A DNA stretch of 64,000 bases from a virus (Duplodnaviria > Caudoviricetes), in the IMG/VR virus record IMGVR_UViG_3300032050_000002, one strand, 5' to 3'. Of the stretch, positions 1 to 8,314 are shown piece after piece. The notes beneath the pieces were generated by a model, which saw only the letters and a list, made by a program, of their open reading frames with translations, was not told where the DNA came from and did not search any database. The position numbers and the translations under genes were made by a program. Within the stretch, counting starts at the first letter, position 1; every line of letters starts with the position of its first letter.

Positions 1-1
1 C

Positions 2-1069
2 ACAACACATAATAGGTTAAATTATCTGGGTTATCCTGATTTAACAACAAATGAAAATCTATATCCAAATAATGGTGGTTCGGATTCTTTTAGTTTAATG
101 ATATATGATAATTCAGGAAGTTACAATGGTATTGGAACTTCCGTTAGTTATTGTGATATATTATACATGTTAAGTGGGGATACAAACATTCAAACATTCA
201 CTTTTCAAAATAGCGGAGTCCAAGATAAAACAATTAGAACATATGTTTCATTAAATGATAATATTTTTGTTCCTTGCGACAATGGTGATGGAAAAGTTTC
301 AATATTAAGTATTACAAGTTCAGGTATAAACTATCATGACACAAATCTTTTAATGTCTAGTAATCCTCAAGTTAGTGATATGGTTGAATGTGGAAATGGT
401 TTTGTTGGTTCATTTTTTGATGATACTAATTATACTCAAATGAGTTTAATACATATAACAGAAACCGGAACTTTAGGAGATGTTATTAACGGTATTAATT
501 TGACAGGGGTGTATCAAAGAAATGTAGAATATTACGGTAATTTATATCATTTTAGACCTTACACAGGTGATACTTATTATATAATTCCAAACTCATCTTC
601 TTTTCAAATAGGTAATTTTACAGGTAGTACGGTTAATCCTTATAATCCACAAACTTCATTTAAAGAAGATTTTTTAAGAAGAGGTAATTTATTATATATT
701 GATTATACCAATTCTCAGTGTTGTTTATTAACTGAAAGCGGTCTTACCTCAACTTTTAATTTACCTATTGGTTCGGCTGGGTATTCTGTAAGTGTTGGAG
801 AAACCACATTTATGTATGTTTATAATGATAGTATCACTAATTTTATAACAATAAATCTGTACGATTTCAATTTCAATCTATTAAATAGTCAAATAACCAC
901 TTTTACAAATATATGGACTACTGATTCTTGTAATGATAATCACGTATTAATAATTAATGAAAATAATAAATATTATATTTATTTGGTTTCTGAAAATGAA
1001 ATAACTTATAAAGAATTGTCGGATAATGATTCGTATAGAACGTTCAATGATTATGTTTGGTGGGATTAA
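2..1069 (+). CDS. Virion-associated hypothetical protein, 5'-truncated by the window edge
   Basis: The frame is open from position 2 (TTHNRLNYLGY...) to TAA at 1069, so the track start at 98 is an internal Met. N/S/T/Y/G-rich beta-type composition like neighbouring fibre genes. Confidence 0.6.
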   Translation, partial: TTHNRLNYLGYPDLTTNENLYPNNGGSDSFSLMIYDNSGSYNGIGTSVSYCDILYMLSGDTNIQTFTFQNSGVQDKTIRTYVSLNDNIFVPCDNGDGKVSILSITSSGINYHDTNLLMSSNPQVSDMVECGNGFVGSFFDDTNYTQMSLIHITETGTLGDVINGINLTGVYQRNVEYYGNLYHFRPYTGDTYYIIPNSSSFQIGNFTGSTVNPYNPQTSFKEDFLRRGNLLYIDYTNSQCCLLTESGLTSTFNLPIGSAGYSVSVGETTFMYVYNDSITNFITINLYDFNFNLLNSQITTFTNIWTTDSCNDNHVLIINENNKYYIYLVSENEITYKELSDNDSYRTFNDYVWWD

Positions 1070-1085
1070 AAAAAAATAAAAAAAT

Positions 1086-1331
1086 ATGATAACAACAGTA
1101 AGAATTAATGTAGAAAAATTAAAAAACTCCTTGTTGAACTACTCAACAACAGTTCACCTCAATGAAGGTTCGACTTATTTAGATTTAAAAGAAAAATTAT
1201 ATTCGATGGTAAATCTTGATAAATCTTTTGAGGTTGATAAATCGTCAATTTATGTTAAAAACAAAGAAGTAAAATATGATGAAGTAGTATCAACCGAAAA
1301 TAAAATCTTATATAATGTAACGGTTAAATAA
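1086..1331 (+). CDS. Small hypothetical protein with ubiquitin-like (beta-grasp) pattern
   Basis: 81 aa. Strand-strand-helix (STYLDLKEKL)-strand (SIYVKNKEV)-strand pattern resembles Ub/MoaD/ThiS folds. No C-terminal Gly. Confidence 0.5.
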   Translation: MITTVRINVEKLKNSLLNYSTTVHLNEGSTYLDLKEKLYSMVNLDKSFEVDKSSIYVKNKEVKYDEVVSTENKILYNVTVK

Positions 1332-1363
1332 AATTTAATAAAAATTAATAAAATGTCTTAATA

Positions 1364-1399
1364 ATAAACCCCAATTTTTGTTGGGGTTTTATTTTTTTA
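1364..1399 (+). terminator. Intrinsic terminator
   Basis: AAACCCCAA-tttttg-TTGGGGTTT stem followed by TATTTTTTT. Confidence 0.8.
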
Positions 1400-1422
1400 T
1401 ATAAACAAATATAATCCAATGA

Positions 1423-1430
1423 TATTTATA
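1423..1430 (+). promoter_or_regulatory. TATTTATA motif (candidate phage late promoter)
   Basis: Lies just after a terminator and 15 nt before the ATG at 1446. The same motif recurs before most transcription units. Confidence 0.55.
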
Positions 1431-1445
1431 TCATAAAAAGACTTC

Positions 1446-4013
1446 ATGGCAAATATAAAGATATCGGCGTTACCAAGTGTCCAACCAAGTGGTTATACGA
1501 ATGACGATTTATTGGTAATAGTAAATTATGACGTTTCAAGTGGGACAACAAAGAATACACCTTTAAGTGGATTAACTTCTTATATATTAAGTGGAGTAAC
1601 ATTTCCAACAGATTATCTTCCGTTAAGTGGTGGGACAGTTACAGGTGATACAATATTTAATCAAGGTTTAACCGCAACAACAATATCCGCATCAACATAC
1701 TTAGGACTACCTTTAGATGTTTATGTTACGGGGGGAACTTATTCTGGAGGAACAATAACGTTTACAAATAATAGTGGTGGAACATTTCCTGTATCAGGAA
1801 TAACTTCAAATGAGGGAAATCAATGGTTAATACCAACTGGAGATACCGTTACCGTTAATTCAAATTATCAATATTTCATATATGGTGATATAATAGTTCA
1901 GGGTACTTTAATACTCGAAACTAATAGTCAGTTAGTAGTTGTTAATGGAGATGTTATAAATAGTGGAGGAACAATCACAAATAACGGAACAATATCCGAT
2001 ATTGAAATTCCTTTATTTGATACGAAAGTTACTGGTGGAACGTATTCTGCCGGAACAATAACATTTACAAATAATAGTGGGGGAACTTTCACGGTTACAG
2101 GAATTACCGCAACTGGCGGAGGAACATTTACTGGAGGAACGGTTAGTGGAGATACAATTTTTAGTAGTGGATTAACCGCAACTACGATATCCGCATCAAC
2201 ATACTTAGGTTTGCCTTTAGATATATATGTGACCGGAGGTACATATAGTGCTAGTTCATCTACAATTATATTTACAAATAATTCCGGTGGTACTTTTGAT
2301 GTCACGGGAGTGACTGCTTCGGGTGGAGGAACATTTACAGGAGGAACTGTAACTGGGGAAACAATATTTCAAAGTGGGATAACCGCAACAACAATTTCAG
2401 CAACATCTTTAACAGTTGATTATATTGATTTTAATATAACCGCAAATACCACTCATCAGGAAGGAAGAATTCATTGGAATGATGCTCTAAAAACTTTAGA
2501 GGTTGATACAGAAAATGCCGGTGTGCAACTAAAAGTGGGACATGAATTAGTTGTGAGAGTTAACAATCAGACTGGTTCACCAATTCCAAAAGGAAGTGCG
2601 GTTTATATAAACGGAGAACAAGGACAAAGACCCACAATAACTTTGGCAAGTTTTACGGCAGATAGTACATCCGCAGCAGTTGTTGGTCTAACAATGACTC
2701 AAATAAATAACAATAATAATGGTTATGTAATTGTTGGGGGTGTATTAGAAGGTCTTGACACCTCTTCTTATACCGCAGGAACGCCATTGTATCTTTATAC
2801 AGGAGGAACCTTAACTTCAACAAAGCCACAAGCCCCTGACCATGATGTTAGAATTGGTAAGGTAGTTGTTTCAAACGCAACAACAGGTTCTATATATGTT
2901 TCCATTCAAAATGGTTATGAATTAGATGAATTACATGATGCTAGAATTACAAATAAATCTGTTGGAGATTTATTAACAGTTAGTGGGTATAACGGATATG
3001 ATTTATGGGTTAATTCAAAAACATTAAACGGTTCATATACAATAACCGGAGATACTACGATAGGTCAAGGATTAACCGCGACAACAATATCGGGAGGAAC
3101 AATATATGGTAGTGGTTTGGGTTTAATAAATATTCCTATTTCTGGTGTTACCAATCTACAAACATCATTAAATAATAAATTTGATATAACAGGTGGAACT
3201 ATTAATGGAAATTTAACTGTAACCGGAAATACAAATTTACAAACATTTACTGCGGGAACAGGAACTATTAACGGTAATTTAACTGTAACAGGAAATACTA
3301 TTTTAACATCCGTTACAGGAAATAGTTTAAATATAACCGGAAATACAATAATATCTTCTTTTACAGGAGGTTCGGGAACAATTAACGGTAATTTAAATGT
3401 AACTGGAAATACCTCAATGACAGGAACATTAAATGTTACGGGTAATACAAACGTGAGAGCGTTTACAGGTACTACGGGATATTTTTCTGGAACAGGTCAG
3501 AACGTGTTAACAGTTATTGGTTCAGGTAATAGCACATCGTCACCAATATTTTCGGTTATAGGAAATGGAACTAGCGCGGAATTATTTAGTGTTACAGATT
3601 CTTTTTCAGGTTCGTTATTTTCGGTTAACGATATTTCAGGATTATCGATATTAGATGTTAACTCTGATAGTACAATTTTGATGGGTAATTATTTAGCTCC
3701 GTCATTAAACACAACAACAAGAACAAGTCTAACCGCAGGAACTACCACGGTTTATTCAATACCGACAAGTGCCTATACAGGAGCGTTTTTTGATTATACT
3801 TTAATTAGTACGGGAAGCACAGGTGCTAGAGCGGGAACGATAATGTCAATATGGAGTGGGTCAAGCTCTCAGTTTACTGAGGTTTCAACTAACGATATTG
3901 GTGTTACAACTGGAGTTACTTTCACAGTTGCGGTTTCAGGAAATAATGCGGTGTTAAGTAGTTCGGCAACAACAACGGGTTGGACATTAAAAACAATAGT
4001 TAGAAGTATATGA
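1446..4013 (+). CDS. Tail fibre / virion fibre protein with Gly-Thr repeats
   Basis: 855 aa. Repeated TATTISASTYLGLPLD.YVTGGTYS.GTITFTNNSGGTF modules, a central beta-clip-like segment (KGSAVYING...AVVGL...GTPLYL...RIGKVV) and GTINGNLTVTGNT repeats. Confidence 0.7.
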   Translation: MANIKISALPSVQPSGYTNDDLLVIVNYDVSSGTTKNTPLSGLTSYILSGVTFPTDYLPLSGGTVTGDTIFNQGLTATTISASTYLGLPLDVYVTGGTYSGGTITFTNNSGGTFPVSGITSNEGNQWLIPTGDTVTVNSNYQYFIYGDIIVQGTLILETNSQLVVVNGDVINSGGTITNNGTISDIEIPLFDTKVTGGTYSAGTITFTNNSGGTFTVTGITATGGGTFTGGTVSGDTIFSSGLTATTISASTYLGLPLDIYVTGGTYSASSSTIIFTNNSGGTFDVTGVTASGGGTFTGGTVTGETIFQSGITATTISATSLTVDYIDFNITANTTHQEGRIHWNDALKTLEVDTENAGVQLKVGHELVVRVNNQTGSPIPKGSAVYINGEQGQRPTITLASFTADSTSAAVVGLTMTQINNNNNGYVIVGGVLEGLDTSSYTAGTPLYLYTGGTLTSTKPQAPDHDVRIGKVVVSNATTGSIYVSIQNGYELDELHDARITNKSVGDLLTVSGYNGYDLWVNSKTLNGSYTITGDTTIGQGLTATTISGGTIYGSGLGLINIPISGVTNLQTSLNNKFDITGGTINGNLTVTGNTNLQTFTAGTGTINGNLTVTGNTILTSVTGNSLNITGNTIISSFTGGSGTINGNLNVTGNTSMTGTLNVTGNTNVRAFTGTTGYFSGTGQNVLTVIGSGNSTSSPIFSVIGNGTSAELFSVTDSFSGSLFSVNDISGLSILDVNSDSTILMGNYLAPSLNTTTRTSLTAGTTTVYSIPTSAYTGAFFDYTLISTGSTGARAGTIMSIWSGSSSQFTEVSTNDIGVTTGVTFTVAVSGNNAVLSSSATTTGWTLKTIVRSI

Positions 4014-4696
4014 GTTTTAGTTACGGACAAAAAATAGTAACAAATGGATTGGTTTTATATCTAGATGCCGCAAATATTAGGTCATACCCAAAAACCGGAA
4101 ATACTTGGTATGATTTAAGTATTGGTACTAATACTGGTACTTTAAATAGTGGTTCAACATTTAATACCTCAAATGGTGGTAGTATTGTTTTTGATGGTAC
4201 AGATGATAATGTAAATTGTGGAAACAATTCAATATTAGATGTTGGAAATAACATTACGGTAAACGCTTGGATTTTTTTACCGAGTACTGGTGCGACAACA
4301 GGTTATAGACCGATAGTATCTAAAGTTGTTAGTGGAGCCACTGTTGGTTGGGAAATGGGTGTTAGTATTGGAAAATTAAGATGTGTCTTCAGGCCGACCT
4401 CAAATATTATAGACCTTACTGGACCTGATTTATCTATAGGTGTTTGGCAAATGTGTACATTTAGTTATGATAACTTAACCACTAAGTTATATCTAAATGG
4501 GGTTTTAAGAACCTCAACATCAAGTGGTGGTCCTGTTATATTAGATTCATCACAACCATTTCAAATAGCGACAAGAGGAATCGGAGGAAATACGTTTTTA
4601 GGTAGGATATCACAAGTCTCGATGTATAATCGAGCCTTATCTTCATCAGAAATTTTACAAAACTATAATTCGACAAAAGCGAGATTTCAATTATGA
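4010..4696 (+). CDS. LamG / concanavalin A-like lectin-domain virion protein (paralogue 1)
   Basis: KIVTNGLVLYLDA start, FDGTDD, W....YD...KLYLNG, GRISQVSMYNRALS..EILQNY. ATGA overlap with the upstream gene. Confidence 0.8.
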   Translation: MSFSYGQKIVTNGLVLYLDAANIRSYPKTGNTWYDLSIGTNTGTLNSGSTFNTSNGGSIVFDGTDDNVNCGNNSILDVGNNITVNAWIFLPSTGATTGYRPIVSKVVSGATVGWEMGVSIGKLRCVFRPTSNIIDLTGPDLSIGVWQMCTFSYDNLTTKLYLNGVLRTSTSSGGPVILDSSQPFQIATRGIGGNTFLGRISQVSMYNRALSSSEILQNYNSTKARFQL

Positions 4697-5451
4697 GCGG
4701 AAGTATTGTAAGTTCAAAAATAGTTACAAATGGATTAGTATTATACTTAGACGCGGTTAATACTCTTTCGTATCCAAAAACCGGAAATACTTGGTATGAT
4801 TTAACAACCAATGGGTTTATTGGTCAACTAAACAACACCCCCTTATTTGTAACAACAGGTGGAACTTCTTTTTCTTTTGACGGTACCAATGAAAATGTTA
4901 ATTTAGGTAATCTGTCATCACTTTCTTTTACTAGTGGGACATTTTCCGTTGAGATTTGGGTTAATGTTCCAAGTAGTTGGTCTGGACCTGCAAACATAAA
5001 TCAATATCCTAATTTAATTAGTAAAGGAGCTAACGCTGGATGGGACACAAATGGGTGGTCATTACATTGTTTTAGAGGGGTGTTAAGTTCTGACCCCAAA
5101 GTTATTGGGTTAGGGATTAAAAATGGGTCTAATCTTGTTACATCATCCACACAAATAACATTAGAAAATACAGATTTAGATAGATTCATATGTGTATCAG
5201 TAACTATGGATTTAACCTCTATTAAAATTTTTAAAAACGGAATACTTAATAAAACGGTAACATCTTTAACTTCGCCATTAGGAAACCCTTTAGTAGGTCC
5301 TGCGGAAAATTCATCAAATGTTGTTATCGCAAGCGGTCCATCGTCACAATATTTTCCTGGTAAGATATCTAACATTAAATTATATGATAGAAAATTAAGT
5401 GATTCTGAAGTTTTACAAAATTATAACTCAACTAAAGTAAGATATATTTAA
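4693..5451 (+). CDS. LamG / concanavalin A-like lectin-domain virion protein (paralogue 2)
   Basis: Same N-terminal KIVTNGLVLYLDA and C-terminal GKISNIKLYDRKLSDSEVLQNY motifs. Confidence 0.8.
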   Translation: MSGSIVSSKIVTNGLVLYLDAVNTLSYPKTGNTWYDLTTNGFIGQLNNTPLFVTTGGTSFSFDGTNENVNLGNLSSLSFTSGTFSVEIWVNVPSSWSGPANINQYPNLISKGANAGWDTNGWSLHCFRGVLSSDPKVIGLGIKNGSNLVTSSTQITLENTDLDRFICVSVTMDLTSIKIFKNGILNKTVTSLTSPLGNPLVGPAENSSNVVIASGPSSQYFPGKISNIKLYDRKLSDSEVLQNYNSTKVRYI

Positions 5452-5456
5452 TTAAT

Positions 5457-5720
5457 ATGGAAACACAATTATACGAGAATAGAAAATTTATGATATTTAA
5501 TGTATCTGAATTAGAATTAATAGATTTTACACAAGTATGTGAAACTTCAATTGACACGGTTAGAAAAAGTGTTGATGGTGATAAAACATTTGTTAAATGG
5601 GACACCGAAGGAATTCCTTCATCAGTGGATAGTTTAACAACTAAAGAAGGTCCTTATACTTATGAAGAAATTTTAAACATACTATCAACTTCAGAATGGA
5701 CTGATGTAACAATAATATGA
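5457..5720 (+). CDS. Small acidic hypothetical protein, possible fibre assembly chaperone
   Basis: 87 aa embedded in the lectin cluster, ending YTYEEILNILSTSEWT. Function inferred from context only. Confidence 0.45.
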   Translation: METQLYENRKFMIFNVSELELIDFTQVCETSIDTVRKSVDGDKTFVKWDTEGIPSSVDSLTTKEGPYTYEEILNILSTSEWTDVTII

Positions 5721-6460
5721 GTACAGTAGGAAATTGGCAAGGTCCAAAAATAGTTAAAGAGGAGTTAGTTTTATATTTAGATGCGGGTTCTCCCAATTCT
5801 TATTTTGATAAAACAAGCACAACTTGGAGAGATATTAGTGGATATGGTAACAACGCCACATTACTAAATGGGGTAACGTATAGTTCAAATAATGGCGGTG
5901 TTTTTATTTTTGACGGTACTGATGATGCGGCCAGAGTCTCACCAAACGCAATCTATAGAAATTTTACAAATGCAACTTTTAGTATATGGTGTACATTCTC
6001 AACACTATCTACTAATAGTATCTATACTTTAATAAATAATGGAATCCAATCAACTGATAGTCATTTTTGGTTATATTATGATAATAGGACTTCATTACCA
6101 TCTAATGTTAATAGAATAGGTTTTGAGTGGGGTAATGGCACTAATAGAACTGGTTTACTATCAACATCAACTTTAATTCCTGTTTTAAATAATTGGTATA
6201 ATATTGTGGCAACTTTTGATAACGGAACTTCAATAATTTATGTTAATGGAGTTGTGTTTGGTAGTGGTACAACATTAGTAACAACAATAGCCGGAGTTGC
6301 CGCGGCTCAAATATATACAGGAGGTTATTTTTCCGCCGGTCCTTCGGGAATACAATTATCTTGGCCGGGAAATTTAAATCAACATTTAATATATAGAAAA
6401 ACATTATCTCAATCAGAAGTTTTACAAAACTACAACGTAACAAAATATAGATATTTATAA
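5717..6460 (+). CDS. LamG / concanavalin A-like lectin-domain virion protein (paralogue 3)
   Basis: KIVKEELVLYLDAG, FDGTDD, WYNIVATFDNG..IYVNG, LSQSEVLQNY. Confidence 0.8.
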   Translation: MSTVGNWQGPKIVKEELVLYLDAGSPNSYFDKTSTTWRDISGYGNNATLLNGVTYSSNNGGVFIFDGTDDAARVSPNAIYRNFTNATFSIWCTFSTLSTNSIYTLINNGIQSTDSHFWLYYDNRTSLPSNVNRIGFEWGNGTNRTGLLSTSTLIPVLNNWYNIVATFDNGTSIIYVNGVVFGSGTTLVTTIAGVAAAQIYTGGYFSAGPSGIQLSWPGNLNQHLIYRKTLSQSEVLQNYNVTKYRYL

Positions 6461-6510
6461 CTTTAATATATTTATAATAAAATAAACATTACTGGACAGG
6501 GGAAGTAATT

Positions 6511-7329
6511 ATGCCAAACGAATTAATAGTAAGAAACGGTTTTACAAGTCAAGGAAACTCATTTATAAACGGTACTTTGTCCGTAACAGGAAATACAACT
6601 TTACAGACAATTAATGTTACGACATTAGGTATTACAGGAACAACTACCACAAGAAGTATTATACCTGAATCAAATAATACTTATAATTTAGGAGCAACAA
6701 ATAGAAGATGGAGTGGTGTTTATACAAGAGAAATAAGATTTTACGATGCTGACGGAACATCGGTAAATGACTACATAACTGTTAGCGCTCCAACAGATTT
6801 AGCTAGCTCTCCAAAACCAGCTTGGGCGTTAACTTTACCTCTATTAAGTGGTTCAACAAATAGTTTTTTAGGAGTATATAGTGGAGCATCAAACACGTCA
6901 AATACAACTTGGTTCTCATTATCAGGAGGAACAGGAATTTCCATATCTCAAACATCAAATGCTAGTGGAGGAACGATGACACTATCTTCTTCCCCAACCA
7001 GTTTTTATTCCGAACCATCATCAACTGCGGTTACGTGGAATGTAAGTGGTAATAGTACAAACTATAAACTAACCTTAACCGCAAACACAACATTAAATTT
7101 AAGTAATGTTAGAAATGGTGATTACGGAACAATTATTTTAACTCAAGATTCGGGAGGAAATAGAACGGTAACTTTAGGAACGGTTAACGGTGGCTCAGCA
7201 ACACATAAAGTTGTTAATGGTGGCGCTGGTTTAGTTAGTTTAACCGCAACGGCAAACGCAATTGATATTCTATCTTTTACATACGATGGAACAAATATGT
7301 ATTGGAATAAAGGTTTAAATTATACATAA
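6511..7329 (+). CDS. Tail fibre-like virion protein
   Basis: 272 aa, S/T/G-rich. Fibre-like YNLGATNRRWS motif and C-terminal LTLTANTTL...IILTQDSGGNRTV...AIDILSF.YDG domain. Confidence 0.6.
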   Translation: MPNELIVRNGFTSQGNSFINGTLSVTGNTTLQTINVTTLGITGTTTTRSIIPESNNTYNLGATNRRWSGVYTREIRFYDADGTSVNDYITVSAPTDLASSPKPAWALTLPLLSGSTNSFLGVYSGASNTSNTTWFSLSGGTGISISQTSNASGGTMTLSSSPTSFYSEPSSTAVTWNVSGNSTNYKLTLTANTTLNLSNVRNGDYGTIILTQDSGGNRTVTLGTVNGGSATHKVVNGGAGLVSLTATANAIDILSFTYDGTNMYWNKGLNYT

Positions 7330-7331
7330 TA

Positions 7332-8219
7332 ATGTCTAGACTATTTTTTAGTTCATTAAGTGGTGTTGATTACGGAGGAAGTATTGACCCGATAACTTTA
7401 AACCCAACGGTTTATTTTCAGGTGTTTGATACAAGTTATTTAACCCCGTCATCACCTTCTTCAGGAACTTCAATTACTGAAATTAGACAATACACGGCGG
7501 AAACTTATTCAGCAATTACCGCTGCGACCGATTGTGCCCCAACTTGGGATGTTTTGGGGGGTCAAAATTTACTTTATTTTCCCGCAATATATGGTTCTTG
7601 CTGGCCACCTCCTTGTGTTGCGACTTGTGATGGTAGTTATTATACAACGAATCAAAATATTAGTTTTATGTCTACAAGTGGGTATTCATTTACTCTTTAT
7701 CTTGTAGTAAAACCGTTATCGGGAAGAACTGCTGATATTTCAAGTAATCTAAATTTTATATTAAACGATGACCCATTATATTTACCTTTACCAAGAACTT
7801 CAAATGTAGAATATATTGCGGTAGTCGATAATAAAGACATTTATTTAAAAACAGAAACAGATAATTATAACACAATACTAAATGTACCAATTGAGATTAA
7901 CTCTGATGAAACCGAACTTCAGTCAAAAAATTTAAGAATCTTTTCAATTAGGGCTCAAGACACTAGAGATTTAATAAACAATTCCGTTTTTACGTATGTT
8001 AATGGAATACAGACAACCGCGATGACTCAGTCAACCGTTACAACAGGAACTACAATAGGAATTGATTTTTCTTTAGGAGGAGTAAATCCAACCAATAGTA
8101 TTGTAGAGGAATTATATCAAGGTTATTTTGGGGAATTAATAATTTTTAATACAATACACTCAATTGATACTCACAGTAAAATAATAACCTTCTTAAAAAA
8201 TAGGTGGGGAATATCATAA
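7332..8219 (+). CDS. Divergent concanavalin A-like virion protein
   Basis: FTLYLVVK, FTYVNG and C-terminal YFGELIIFN...FLKNRWGI match the LamG-like end motif. Confidence 0.55.
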   Translation: MSRLFFSSLSGVDYGGSIDPITLNPTVYFQVFDTSYLTPSSPSSGTSITEIRQYTAETYSAITAATDCAPTWDVLGGQNLLYFPAIYGSCWPPPCVATCDGSYYTTNQNISFMSTSGYSFTLYLVVKPLSGRTADISSNLNFILNDDPLYLPLPRTSNVEYIAVVDNKDIYLKTETDNYNTILNVPIEINSDETELQSKNLRIFSIRAQDTRDLINNSVFTYVNGIQTTAMTQSTVTTGTTIGIDFSLGGVNPTNSIVEELYQGYFGELIIFNTIHSIDTHSKIITFLKNRWGIS

Positions 8220-8223
8220 GTTA

Positions 8224-8255
8224 TTTGACAATTCATTAGATTAATTTTATATTTA
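8224..8255 (+). promoter_or_regulatory. Host-sigma-type promoter of the DNA polymerase gene
   Basis: TTGACA (8225-8230), 17 nt, TATATT (8248-8253). Also reads as TTTG-20 nt-TAnnTTTA. Confidence 0.65.
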
Positions 8256-8314
8256 TTTAGGTAAGGTAAATCTCAAATAGTTTGAGAGCGAATAAACCAC
8301 TTTAAATTTTTATT

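Noticed and set aside
4010-6460. CRISPR array or diversity-generating retroelement suggested by repeated blocks
   Set aside because: The repeats are coding paralogue ends, not regularly spaced. There is no reverse transcriptase and no adenine-specific template/variable pair in the window.
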